Of a DNA stretch of 42,771 bases, positions 28,154 through 37,536 are shown piece after piece. A program made the translations under genes and the position numbers. The first letter of the stretch is position 1. The number at the start of each line of letters is the position of its first letter. Source of the DNA: Taibaiella helva (GTDB lineage: Bacteria; Bacteroidota; Bacteroidia; Chitinophagales; Chitinophagaceae); assembly GCA_040393285.1 (NCBI GenBank), contig JBEBUO010000001.1:1-42771 (forward strand), given 5' to 3'. The notes beneath the pieces were generated by a model that made no database searches, was not told where the DNA came from, and worked only from the letters and a program-made list of their open reading frames with translations.

Positions 28154-28909
28154 ATGGCCTCCAGGAAGAAAATAAAGCTTCATAAAATAAGTACCCGCGC
28201 ACCAAAGGGTCTTGATAAAGACGAAACCAAGCGTAAAACGGCAGCTATTCTTCAGGAACTGGATGAGCTGCAAAACCTGTTGTACGCCGACGGGCAGCAT
28301 GCAATTTTGGTCGTTATTCAGGGCATGGATGCAGCCGGAAAAGATGGTCTGATCAACGATGTATTCAGCGGCCTCAACCCTCAGGGGGTACAGGTGGCCT
28401 CCTTTAAAGTACCGACCGAAAGGGAACTCGCCCACGATTTCCTATGGCGGATACATAAGAAAACGCCGCCCAAAGGGATGATCCAGATTTTTAACCGCTC
28501 ACATTACGAAGATGTCCTGGTGACCCGTGTACATGGGCTTTGCAACGACGAACAGGCCGCGAAAAGGATGGCCGCTATAAATGATTTCGAAAAGCTGCTG
28601 GAAGACCATGGCAATACACATATCCTTAAAATATACCTGCATGTATCGCACCAGGAACAAGTGGAGCGACTGGAAGAACGCTTGCTCATTCCCCGTAAAA
28701 TGTGGAAATACAATGCCAATGACCTGAAAGAATCAAAACGCTGGGATGAATTTATGGGCTATTACGAAGAAGTATTCGAAACATGCAACCAGGTACCCTG
28801 GCATATTATTCCCGCCGACCAGAACTGGTACAAATCGTACCTTGTAGCCTCTCTGCTCCGCGACACGCTTAAACGTTTACAACTGACCTATCCCGGGTTA
28901 AAAAAATAA
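28154..28909 (+). CDS. ppk2: Polyphosphate kinase 2 family protein (probably class III)
   Basis: QGMDAAGKDG Walker A, HDFLWR, FNRSHYEDVLV, PWHIIPADQNWY; likely start ATG 28154. Confidence 0.95.
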   Translation: MASRKKIKLHKISTRAPKGLDKDETKRKTAAILQELDELQNLLYADGQHAILVVIQGMDAAGKDGLINDVFSGLNPQGVQVASFKVPTERELAHDFLWRIHKKTPPKGMIQIFNRSHYEDVLVTRVHGLCNDEQAAKRMAAINDFEKLLEDHGNTHILKIYLHVSHQEQVERLEERLLIPRKMWKYNANDLKESKRWDEFMGYYEEVFETCNQVPWHIIPADQNWYKSYLVASLLRDTLKRLQLTYPGLKK

Positions 28910-28913
28910 AATC

Positions 28914-29216
28914 ATGAACCAAAACATTATCGATAATTTCCCCTTCCAGTCCGACCGGCCAGGGATTTCACCTGTTCAAAAAACCGAAAAAACCAATATT
29001 TTCGCTGTAGGTCTCACCAAAGGACAGCTGATGCAAAAGCACCGCACCCCTCTGGTTACCCTATTGGTGGTGCTGAAAGGAAGCCTTAGCTTTTTCATCG
29101 AAGAAGAGACGATCCAGTTGACTGCCGGCAGTAGTTATGCTATTCCACCTACCATAGAGCATGAGGTGAGGGGCAAGGATGAAGAAAACATATTCCTGCT
29201 TATTCAGGAAAAATAA
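28914..29216 (+). CDS. Cupin-domain protein
   Basis: KHRTP...VLKG...IPPTIEHEV cupin motifs. Confidence 0.85.
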   Translation: MNQNIIDNFPFQSDRPGISPVQKTEKTNIFAVGLTKGQLMQKHRTPLVTLLVVLKGSLSFFIEEETIQLTAGSSYAIPPTIEHEVRGKDEENIFLLIQEK

Positions 29217-29261
29217 GCGAAAAAAAATAACCCTTTTAATCATACGGCACAACACGCATAT

Positions 29262-30662
29262 ATGAAACATATCTCCTTCCTGAGTACCTTGATCTTACTG
29301 GCTGCTTCGGCAATAGCACAAATTACCGGCTCCTGGCAAGGCACCCTACAGGTACCAGGTGCTCAGCTACCCCTGATCATCCATATTGAAGAAAAGGAGG
29401 GTGCGGTAGCAGTAAAACTAGATAGCCCCAACCAGAATACCTTTGGCCTGGCCGCTACTACCGCTTCCTATACCGGGGGCGAATTCAGCTTCAGCATCAC
29501 CGCCCTGATGCTGAACTACGAGGGTACGCTAAGCGAGGACGCTGCGACTATTAACGGAACTTTCAAACAAGGGACTTTTTCAACACCCTTAAATTTCTCC
29601 CGAATTACGGAAGAAAATGCTGCAGCCGCCGCTCCCAGGCGTCCTCAGGAACCCAAGCCGCCTTTCCCCTACCAGATCGAGGAAGTTACATTTACCGATA
29701 CCACAGATCAGGTGCGGCTGGCCGGCACACTCACATTGCCTAAAGATGTGACACATCCGCCTGTAGTGGTATTGATTTCCGGATCGGGACCACAGGACCG
29801 CAACGAAGAAATTTTTAATCACAAACCTTTTTGGGTCATTGCCGATTACCTTTCCAGAAACGGCATCGGCGTATTGCGCTATGATGACCGCGGTGTGGGC
29901 CAGTCGGAAACAGGCGAGCATCCGGAACAGGTAACCTCAGCCCACCTGGCAAATGATGCCCTGGCCGCCTATACCTTCTTAAAGCAAAGGGGGCATCAAC
30001 AAGTAGGGCTGGTGGGACATAGTGAAGGGGGCATGATCGCCCCGATGATTGCCGCCGAACATCCCGATGTGTCTTTTATCGTACTCCTGGCCGGCCCGGG
30101 CATTACCGGCGACAGCCTCCTGGCCCTGCAGACCTATCTCATGGGTAAGGCCGAGGGACTGCCAGAGGAGACGGCCCGCTGGAATCAACAGTTCTTTGGT
30201 GACTTCCTGCAATACGTAAAAAACTATAAAGGGAGTAATCCGGATGAGGATTTTTCCCAAAAACTGGACGAACTCCTGAGCGGGGCACCCGGGCAGCAGC
30301 TGGGCGAGGCCGAAAAACAAAGCATACGCCAAACTACCCTGGCTATGGTTCAAAATGAATGGATGCGGTACTTTATTGCCTTCGATCCGGCTCCCTACCT
30401 CAGTAAAGTAAACTGCCCGGTGCTGGCCATTAACGGCACTTTAGACATGCAGGTGCCCTACCGGGAAAACCTGGCGGGCATAGAAGCGGCACTTAAGCAG
30501 GCAGGTAATAAACACTATAAAATAGTACCGGCCGAGGGCCTGAATCACCTGTTTCAACATGCCACAACCGGGGGAGGCTCAGAATACGGCACGATTGAAG
30601 AAACCTTTGCCCCTGAAATCATGAGCCTGATGCAGCAGTGGATTAAGGAACAGGTGAAATAA
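29262..30662 (+). CDS. Exported alpha/beta hydrolase (S9/S15-like) with N-terminal beta domain
   Basis: SGSGPQDRNE, RYDDRGVG, GHSEGG nucleophile, GTLDMQV, LNHLFQ. Confidence 0.93.
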   Translation: MKHISFLSTLILLAASAIAQITGSWQGTLQVPGAQLPLIIHIEEKEGAVAVKLDSPNQNTFGLAATTASYTGGEFSFSITALMLNYEGTLSEDAATINGTFKQGTFSTPLNFSRITEENAAAAAPRRPQEPKPPFPYQIEEVTFTDTTDQVRLAGTLTLPKDVTHPPVVVLISGSGPQDRNEEIFNHKPFWVIADYLSRNGIGVLRYDDRGVGQSETGEHPEQVTSAHLANDALAAYTFLKQRGHQQVGLVGHSEGGMIAPMIAAEHPDVSFIVLLAGPGITGDSLLALQTYLMGKAEGLPEETARWNQQFFGDFLQYVKNYKGSNPDEDFSQKLDELLSGAPGQQLGEAEKQSIRQTTLAMVQNEWMRYFIAFDPAPYLSKVNCPVLAINGTLDMQVPYRENLAGIEAALKQAGNKHYKIVPAEGLNHLFQHATTGGGSEYGTIEETFAPEIMSLMQQWIKEQVK

Positions 30663-30685
30663 AATGACCCCGGCCTTTTCAGCAT

Positions 30686-31486
30686 TTACTCTAACACCAC
30701 AAATACAGGTACATGATCTGACAGGCGGCGCGCTGCCTTCTGGTCGCCCTGGTAATGGAGGTAAAAGGGGACGATGCCCGCGTCCTTTTTCCGGAACGAT
30801 GGCGGAAAATAGATATTGTCATACGCACTGGCCAGACAATCCCCTTTGATGCAGGCTTGGCGAAGCGTCGTTTTTTGATGGAGCAGTGCTGGTTGGTAGC
30901 CCATACTTTTAAGCGGGGTAAACACAGAATGCTGCTGCGGACAGTTAAAATCGCCCAGAAACAGGAGTTGCCGCCCCGAATACAGGGCTGGAAACAGCTT
31001 GAACCATTTAATTTCCCTTTCGGGCTGTTTCCCCTTGGGCAAGGCATGAAAATTAACGAGGGTAAAGCTGCGGTCCTGATATACAAAGTCTGCCATAAAA
31101 GGCTCCCGGCTGATGCTGTCGGCATAGACCGGCTCCAGCCATCCCCTGCCCTTTAATTGGATCCTGTTCTTTTTCCAGACAAATGCATAACGCTCCTGCT
31201 CGCCCTTGTTGTTGCTTTGCGTAGGCGGACTTACCAGGTAATCCCAGTCAGCCCCCAGCCGATCCAGTAAAAGCGTGAGTTGCGCCAGCTGCCGGGCACC
31301 ATCGGGCCGGGTATTGACCTCCTGTAGTGCCACTACATCAAAATCCTTGATGGAGGCAGCTATCAGCGTCATTTCCGCCTGCGTCTTAGCCGCACCAAAA
31401 TGGTTCAGGTTCCAGGTGGCGATACTTAATTGCCCCTGCGTCACGAAGGACAACAGCAGCAGAAAGACAAATAAGCTGTTCTTCAC
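30686..31486 (-). CDS. Exported endonuclease/exonuclease/phosphatase (DNase I-like)
   Basis: ATWN, ALQEV, LGDFN, YDNI, SDHVPV. Confidence 0.93.
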   Translation of the reverse strand: MKNSLFVFLLLLSFVTQGQLSIATWNLNHFGAAKTQAEMTLIAASIKDFDVVALQEVNTRPDGARQLAQLTLLLDRLGADWDYLVSPPTQSNNKGEQERYAFVWKKNRIQLKGRGWLEPVYADSISREPFMADFVYQDRSFTLVNFHALPKGKQPEREIKWFKLFPALYSGRQLLFLGDFNCPQQHSVFTPLKSMGYQPALLHQKTTLRQACIKGDCLASAYDNIYFPPSFRKKDAGIVPFYLHYQGDQKAARRLSDHVPVFVVLE

Positions 31487-32955
31487 TATTCTTCTATAAA
31501 TTCAGCATGTAATTTCTCGTCGTCCAACTCCCCTTCCCAGCGGGCTATAACCAGGCTCGCGAGGCAGTTGCCCGTTACATTCACAGAGGTACGGGCCATA
31601 TCCATCAACTCATCAATGCCCAAAATAGCCATAATAGGCCATAGGGGCAAATTAAAGGTAGCCGCGGCACCGATCAGGATCACCAGGGAGGCCCGGGGCA
31701 CACCTGCTACTCCCTTACTGGTGAGCATCAGGGTGAGCCCGATAATGATTTGCTGGCCGATATCCAGAGGGATCTTTGCCGCCTGGGCTACAAATACGGC
31801 CGCCAGTGATAAATATAAGGTGGTACCATCGAGGTTAAAGGTATAGCCGGTAGGTAAGACAAAAGCCACAATCTTTCGCGGCACGCCAATCCGCTCCATA
31901 TTTTCCATGGCCTTGGGCAGCGCACTTTCCGAACTGGTAGTGGCAAAGGCAATGGAGACCGGCTCTTTAATGGCTTTATAAAATTGCCGGACCGGGATCC
32001 GGAACAGGAGCATTACCCCGCCAAATACAATAACAGCAAAAGCAATCAGGGCACAATACAAGGTAATGAGCAAGCGAAATAAGGCCACCAGAATATCGGT
32101 ACCCAGCTCGGCAGTGGCATGGGCGATAGCTGCCCCCACCCCCAAGGGAGCGAAATACATGATGATATTGGTAAACTTAAACATGGTTTCGGCCAGGCTT
32201 TCAGACACCTCCAGCATAGGCCGTTTCTTCTGCTCCGGCAGCATGGCCAGACCGATGCCAAAAATGATACTAAAAACAACGATAGGCAATACCTGCCCCT
32301 CGGCTATAGCCTTGGCTATATTCTCAGGGAAGATATCGAGGATGTGGTCCTTCCAGGTAGGAGGTGGTGCATCCGGCAGGCGGTCGAGTAAACCGGGCGG
32401 CACATCTATACCCGCACTGTCCATAACAAGAATCATTTTCTGTTGTATCTGCTTTTCGGAGGACAGCGGCAGCTGGGATAAGGTTTCCGACTGGACATCT
32501 ATGTTCTCTCCCGCTTTGGAAATATTAATAGCCACCAACCCGATCGCCAGGGCCAATGTAGTTACAATTTCAAAATATAAAAGTGACTTCCATCCCATGC
32601 GGCCGAGTTGCTTCATATTACTATGTCCGGCAATACCAACCACGAGCGTGGCAAACAGGATAGGACCTATTATAGATTTTATCAATTTTAAAAAAACACT
32701 ACTTAATACCTGCAAGTCCAGGGCTACCGATTTAAAATCGAGGCCGACCTGTACCCCTACGACCATGGATACCAAGATCCAGGTAGTGAGTGATTTTTTA
32801 AAAAATGCGAAGCCAACAAGGGCAAGACTAAAGACCCACCAACAGATTCGAATTACTGACAAATCGACAGCGATCCATTTTTCCATATAAATCAGCGTTG
32901 CCAGGGCAGCAATGGTAAATGTGATCAATGATGAAATAGAAAATATTTTTTTCAT
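31486..32955 (-). CDS. Dicarboxylate/amino acid:cation symporter (GltP-like)
   Basis: AFATTSSESALP, PTGYTFNLDGT, SKGVAGVPRAS, DMARTSVNVTGN. Confidence 0.95.
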   Translation of the reverse strand: MKKIFSISSLITFTIAALATLIYMEKWIAVDLSVIRICWWVFSLALVGFAFFKKSLTTWILVSMVVGVQVGLDFKSVALDLQVLSSVFLKLIKSIIGPILFATLVVGIAGHSNMKQLGRMGWKSLLYFEIVTTLALAIGLVAINISKAGENIDVQSETLSQLPLSSEKQIQQKMILVMDSAGIDVPPGLLDRLPDAPPPTWKDHILDIFPENIAKAIAEGQVLPIVVFSIIFGIGLAMLPEQKKRPMLEVSESLAETMFKFTNIIMYFAPLGVGAAIAHATAELGTDILVALFRLLITLYCALIAFAVIVFGGVMLLFRIPVRQFYKAIKEPVSIAFATTSSESALPKAMENMERIGVPRKIVAFVLPTGYTFNLDGTTLYLSLAAVFVAQAAKIPLDIGQQIIIGLTLMLTSKGVAGVPRASLVILIGAAATFNLPLWPIMAILGIDELMDMARTSVNVTGNCLASLVIARWEGELDDEKLHAEFIEE

Positions 32956-33854
32956 GTTTACAATTTACAATGGGTTAAAATCGTACGGCAATCCATGGTA
33001 AAAATATAAAAACCAGGGAGAAATCCAAGTAAAAATGCATGTTTTTTCACTATAGATTAGATAATTTAATAATTTAAAAAGACCCCGAGACATAGGCGGA
33101 AACATCATCTCTAATTTAGTTGGTTTTTATCTATTAAAAAACTTTTAACCAGTAGATTAATATAAAATAATGAGGAAAAAATCAACGATATGCCATAGTG
33201 TCATTAATTTTTATAAATAATTAAATTAACTGCTGATTATCATCTTATTATAATGATTTACTCAACTGAATTATAATACTATAAACACGCATGGAATTAT
33301 TGTCTATCTGCAAAAATCTATCAAAATATAAGGACAAATTTGTTTTGTTTAACAAATTAAATTTATGAATATCTATTTCATGGCTATTCAGCAAGAAAAA
33401 TATAGCTTTAGTAAGCAAATTGACTATACAAGTGCATGTCTATTATTTAATATCTATAATGATGAAATATAAATACACGCCTACCCGCTCAGAGGACCAC
33501 TGCAAAAATTAAAATTTTGCCATAAAGGCAGCATTTTGCGAAAAAAGTGAGGAGATAACACCGGACCTGGTAGCGCTTACGATCGGGGAAATTGGGGCAT
33601 TTTGGCATTAGCCAAGCCGGTCAAAACCATTCTTAGGCATAGCTATTTTGTTCTCCGGGGCCTGAAGAAACACGCTGAAATAATTGTTGGATGGATAAAA
33701 AAAGCCCGGACTCTTTTACAGAATTTGGGCGCATGCATGCATATATCTGAAGTTTTTACAAGTACCGGGCGAAGTGCGGAGCATAAAAATCAGGTAGCCG
33801 GCGACGTACTTATAACGATTTTTTTATACCAGACAACCGTCTGTCGTCAGTTAA

Positions 33855-33893
33855 GAAAATTCAGATCGGCATAGTCATATGATCTGAATTTTC
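33855..33893. repeat. Perfect 13-bp inverted repeat in a long intergenic region
   Basis: GAAAATTCAGATC-13 nt-GATCTGAATTTTC. Confidence 0.85.
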
Positions 33894-34172
33894 AGATGAA
33901 GCACAAGGCCTATCGAAGGGTAAGCCTCCGGGATGCACGTAAGATTTTGTCCTTCATCCATTTCAGTTCATTCGTAAAAAGCATGGGGAACGCAAATAAG
34001 CCGGAGCGAAAAAATAAGCGAAAAGTGGCCATGGAACACCGGAAATAAATGCCCTTGCCAGGGCTCATCCTTACGCTCCCCTTGCGCTGAAAACAGCGTT
34101 CGGGAAAGTAAAAATCCGGTACGGCACACAGGAGGAGGTTGAAGCTTTCGGGGCACTAAGTCGTTTGAAAAA

Positions 34173-34769
34173 TCAGAACTTCGGATGCATCAGTTCTTCC
34201 AGGAAGAAAGCACCATGTGTCGGGTCGATCACGAGCATAAACAAGAGCCCGAATAAAGAACCCCATAAGTGTGCATCATGATTGACGTAACCGGTCCCTT
34301 TTCTGGCCATATAAGCGGTATAACCCAGGTAAAGGATGGCAAAGAGGATGCTTGGGATGTAAATCAGGAAAAACAGGCCGATCTGGCTCCAGGGAGCTAA
34401 ATAAATCATCGCAAAAACGATGGCCGACACGCCGCCTGAAGCACCCAGGGAACGATAGCCCGGCTGCTGCCGCTTTTTGATATAGGAAGGCAGGCAAGAT
34501 ACCACTATGCCCAGCAAATACAATAGCACAAATTTCTCATTACCAATATATTGAACTAAATAATCGCCAAAAAAATAAAGCGTGATCATATTGAAGGCCA
34601 GGTGCATGGTATCGGCGTGTACAAAACCAGCCGTCAGGAAGCGGTAATAATCGGCCGGACCCTGCATCCTTGCCGGCCACAGCAATAGCTTGTCCATCAG
34701 GGCATGGTTATTAAACGCAGAGAAGGATACCAGACAGGTAATGATAATAATGATCAGGGTAAGTGACAT
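34173..34769 (-). CDS. Rhomboid family intramembrane serine protease
   Basis: HLAFNM, GASGG, AHLWG. Confidence 0.95.
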   Translation of the reverse strand: MSLTLIIIIITCLVSFSAFNNHALMDKLLLWPARMQGPADYYRFLTAGFVHADTMHLAFNMITLYFFGDYLVQYIGNEKFVLLYLLGIVVSCLPSYIKKRQQPGYRSLGASGGVSAIVFAMIYLAPWSQIGLFFLIYIPSILFAILYLGYTAYMARKGTGYVNHDAHLWGSLFGLLFMLVIDPTHGAFFLEELMHPKF

Positions 34770-34835
34770 ATAGGAATAGATAAGTAGCTTTAACTGTAAA
34801 AATAGGGAGAAGCATCGTATTTTTAGCCGATAACC

Positions 34836-34843
34836 TATCTTTG
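34836..34843 (+). promoter_or_regulatory. -7 element (TATCTTTG) for the ABC permease
   Basis: Exact TAnnTTTG match. Confidence 0.6.
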
Positions 34844-34878
34844 TTCCATATAGACCTAACGCCCCACCCGATATTAGT

Positions 34879-36114
34879 GTGAACCTTCCATATTATATTG
34901 CTACCCGTATTACGGGTAACCGTAAACGTAGTTTTTCCCGTTTTATCATCCGGCTGGCGACCGTAGCTACCGCCCTCAGCGTGGCGGTCATGATCATGGC
35001 AGTGGCCATTGTATTGGGGTTTAAGGAAACCATCAAGGATAAAATGTTTGTGTTCTGGGGGCAACTGATCGTAGCGCCTTTTAACCCTAACCCTTCGAGC
35101 ATTGTCACCCCCTACCCGGTAGACAAGCAGGATAGCCTGCAGCAACTGATGCGTGCCTGGCCCGGTGTAAATGCTGTCCATGCCTTTGCGGTAAAACCGG
35201 CCATCCTGGCGGTAGAGGGCACGATGGCGGGCATCAAAATGAAAGGTATAGAACCGGATTATCCGCTGGAAAGCAACGCTGCTATCCGCTTTTCCGGCAA
35301 TGATCCCGGCTTTTCAGACACCGCCTACGGTAAAGGGTTGATTGTGTCTTCCGGCATTTTGCACACATTGAATAAAAAGATCGGTGATAGCCTTTTAGCC
35401 TATTTTGTAGACCCCGAACAGGGTCATCCGCGCATCCGGAAACTAGCTATTACCGGCAGTTTTCATACCGGTATGGAGGAGATCGACGACCAATTTGCCC
35501 TTTGCGACATCAGGCTGCTGCGACGGGTAAGCAATTGGGAACCCGAGGCCATACATGGCTATCAGGTGGCTGTAGACGATTACCGGCAGGCCACCGCTAT
35601 AGGTGATGCCCTCTACCAGGAATACCTGGAGCCTCCGCTTACCCGCAGCACCATGAACGAGATATATGGCAATATCTTTTCCTGGCTGGAACTCATGAAT
35701 ACCAATACCTATATCATTCTGATCATTATGGGTATCGTGGCCTTTATCAACCTCAGTACCGCACTGCTGATCTTCATTATGGAGCGTACCCATATGATCG
35801 GTGTACTCAAAACATTGGGCTTGAATGGCAGCAGCCTGCAACTGATTTTTATGTACCATGCAGCAAGCGTAGCCATCAGAGGCATTCTGTCGGGCATCCT
35901 GTTGGGCGTAGGCCTGTGCCTCTTGCAACAATACACACACTTTATAGCGCTTGACGAACATGCCTATTACATGCAATATGTACCTATTCAACTGGAAGCA
36001 TGGCATGTGCTGCTCATTGGCCTGGGTACCCTTATCTGTTGCCTGCTGGTGATGTTGTTGCCTTCATTAATGGTAAGGCGTATTGCCATCGTTAAAGCTT
36101 TACGGTTTAAATAA
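34879..36114 (+). CDS. LolC/E-family ABC transporter permease
   Basis: TM1, periplasmic MacB-like domain, ERTHMIGVLKTLG, YYMQYVP, C-terminal ALRFK; GTG start. Confidence 0.9.
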   Translation: MNLPYYIATRITGNRKRSFSRFIIRLATVATALSVAVMIMAVAIVLGFKETIKDKMFVFWGQLIVAPFNPNPSSIVTPYPVDKQDSLQQLMRAWPGVNAVHAFAVKPAILAVEGTMAGIKMKGIEPDYPLESNAAIRFSGNDPGFSDTAYGKGLIVSSGILHTLNKKIGDSLLAYFVDPEQGHPRIRKLAITGSFHTGMEEIDDQFALCDIRLLRRVSNWEPEAIHGYQVAVDDYRQATAIGDALYQEYLEPPLTRSTMNEIYGNIFSWLELMNTNTYIILIIMGIVAFINLSTALLIFIMERTHMIGVLKTLGLNGSSLQLIFMYHAASVAIRGILSGILLGVGLCLLQQYTHFIALDEHAYYMQYVPIQLEAWHVLLIGLGTLICCLLVMLLPSLMVRRIAIVKALRFK

Positions 36115-36149
36115 TCGGTCAGGTAACCGGGATTATTAAAGGAAATCTC

Positions 36150-36157
36150 TATTTTTG
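36150..36157 (+). promoter_or_regulatory. -7 element (TATTTTTG) for ftsX
   Basis: Exact TAnnTTTG match. Confidence 0.6.
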
Positions 36158-36186
36158 TCGGGGTTGAATTAAAATTAAGCATACTT

Positions 36187-37032
36187 GTGAAAAAAACACC
36201 TTCTTATATTTATTCCATTATCGGCATTTCCCTGGTGCTTTTCCTGCTGGGCACTATTGGCTGGCTGGCCATTAACGGCCGTGCTTTATCACGCTTTTTC
36301 AAAGAACAGGTGGAGGTTCAGGTCATCTTGCATGACAAGACCCGCGATACCAACACGGTAGCATTAGCGGCCATCCTGGAAAAGCAACCTTTCGTGCAGC
36401 ACGTGAACATTGTGACCAAGGAGGAGGCAGCCGAGCAGTTTGCCAAGGAATGGAATGAGGATTTTACCGAATTGTTGGATTTTAACCCACTCTACACGTC
36501 CATCAACCTGAGGCTACCTTCCGATTATGTGAATGCAGACAGCATGCAAAAGATCAAACAGTTTCTGCTTCAAAGTAACATCGTGCGGGAAGTGGCCTAT
36601 CCTAATGTGGTTGTGGACCAAATGAACAGCAATTTCCGGAAAATAGGTATGGTGCTGGGCGTGATTGCCCTCATCCTCTTTGTAGCCGTGGTCATCATCA
36701 TTGACAATACGGTACGACTGGCCATGTTCAGCAATCGTTTACTGATCAAAACCATGCAAATGGTAGGCGCTACACGTTGGTTCATAGCCCGACCCTTCGA
36801 TTGGCGTGCTATTGTTTCGGGCTTTATCAGTGGCCTGGTGGCTGTAGGCGGCCTTGTTGCACTCATTTACTTTGCCGGCGTCCAGCTTCCTGAATTAAAC
36901 GCTATTCGTGATTACTGGGCATTAAGTCTGCTTGTGCTGGGCATCTTCATCCTGGGCATCCTTATCTCTGTACTCAGTACGCATCGTTCGGTAGTCAAAT
37001 ACCTGAAATTGAAGCTGGATGAATTGTATTAA
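36187..37032 (+). CDS. ftsX: Cell division permease FtsX
   Basis: SIIGISLVLFLLG, FNPL, NTVRL...IKTMQMVGATRWFIARPF; followed by DUF3098. Confidence 0.95.
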   Translation: MKKTPSYIYSIIGISLVLFLLGTIGWLAINGRALSRFFKEQVEVQVILHDKTRDTNTVALAAILEKQPFVQHVNIVTKEEAAEQFAKEWNEDFTELLDFNPLYTSINLRLPSDYVNADSMQKIKQFLLQSNIVREVAYPNVVVDQMNSNFRKIGMVLGVIALILFVAVVIIIDNTVRLAMFSNRLLIKTMQMVGATRWFIARPFDWRAIVSGFISGLVAVGGLVALIYFAGVQLPELNAIRDYWALSLLVLGIFILGILISVLSTHRSVVKYLKLKLDELY

Positions 37033-37066
37033 CAGATGAAGTTGCTGTCTGTTTTATTTTTACCCT

Positions 37067-37074
37067 TATCTTTG
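37067..37074 (+). promoter_or_regulatory. -7 element (TATCTTTG) for DUF3098
   Basis: Exact TAnnTTTG match 21 nt before the ATG. Confidence 0.55.
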
Positions 37075-37095
37075 AATCCTTAACGATACCCGAAA

Positions 37096-37356
37096 ATGAC
37101 GCAAAAAAACACGCCAAAAAACACAACACCCCGCCCCGCCTTTTTGTTTGACAAAACAAATTATTACATCATGTTGGCGGGTGTGGTACTGATCGTACTG
37201 GGCTTCTTTCTGATGGCAGGTGGCAAAAGCACCGACCCCAATGTATTTAATGAGGAGGAAATTTACAGCTTCCGTCGCATTACGCTGGCACCCATCTTGA
37301 TCGTTGCCGGATTTGTGGTCGAAATAGTGGCCATTATGCGTAAGCCTAAGCGCTAA
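37096..37356 (+). CDS. DUF3098 family membrane protein
   Basis: FDKTNY, GFFLMAGG, FSFRR-like YSFRRITLAP. Confidence 0.9.
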   Translation: MTQKNTPKNTTPRPAFLFDKTNYYIMLAGVVLIVLGFFLMAGGKSTDPNVFNEEEIYSFRRITLAPILIVAGFVVEIVAIMRKPKR

Positions 37357-37380
37357 AAATTACAACAACTTAATATGATT

Positions 37381-37408
37381 AAAAAGCAGGCATAGGGCCT
37401 GCTTTTTT
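37381..37408 (+). terminator. Intrinsic terminator after DUF3098
   Basis: AAAAAGCAGGC / GCCTGCTTTTTT. Confidence 0.85.
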
Positions 37409-37480
37409 GTTTCTGTGTTGGAAAGAAAAGGAGCCGCAAACCGGCAACCCTTTAGGTTGCCTATAAAGTATATACCTACC

Positions 37481-37513
37481 AAAAAACCGCGCCTCCCTTG
37501 GGAAAGCGCGGTT
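37481..37513 (-). terminator. Intrinsic terminator after secA
   Basis: Minus strand AACCGCGCTTTCC...GGAGGCGCGGTTTTTT. Confidence 0.85.
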
Positions 37514-37536
37514 CGTACTTTTAGGCGAAGACATTC

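Noticed and set aside
33478-33500. GGTCCTCTGAGCGGGTAGG on the minus strand, resembling a tRNA 5' end
   Set aside because: No T-loop (GTTCRA), anticodon arm or acceptor-stem complement.
33697-33720. AAGAGTCCGGGC on the minus strand, resembling RNase P RNA GGAAAGTCCGGGC
   Set aside because: Imperfect match, followed by a T-run, and the other conserved RNase P regions are absent.
33602-34156. ORFs 33602-33874 (+) and 33968-34156 (-)
   Set aside because: Non-ATG starts, no motifs and hairpin-rich context; not supported as genes.
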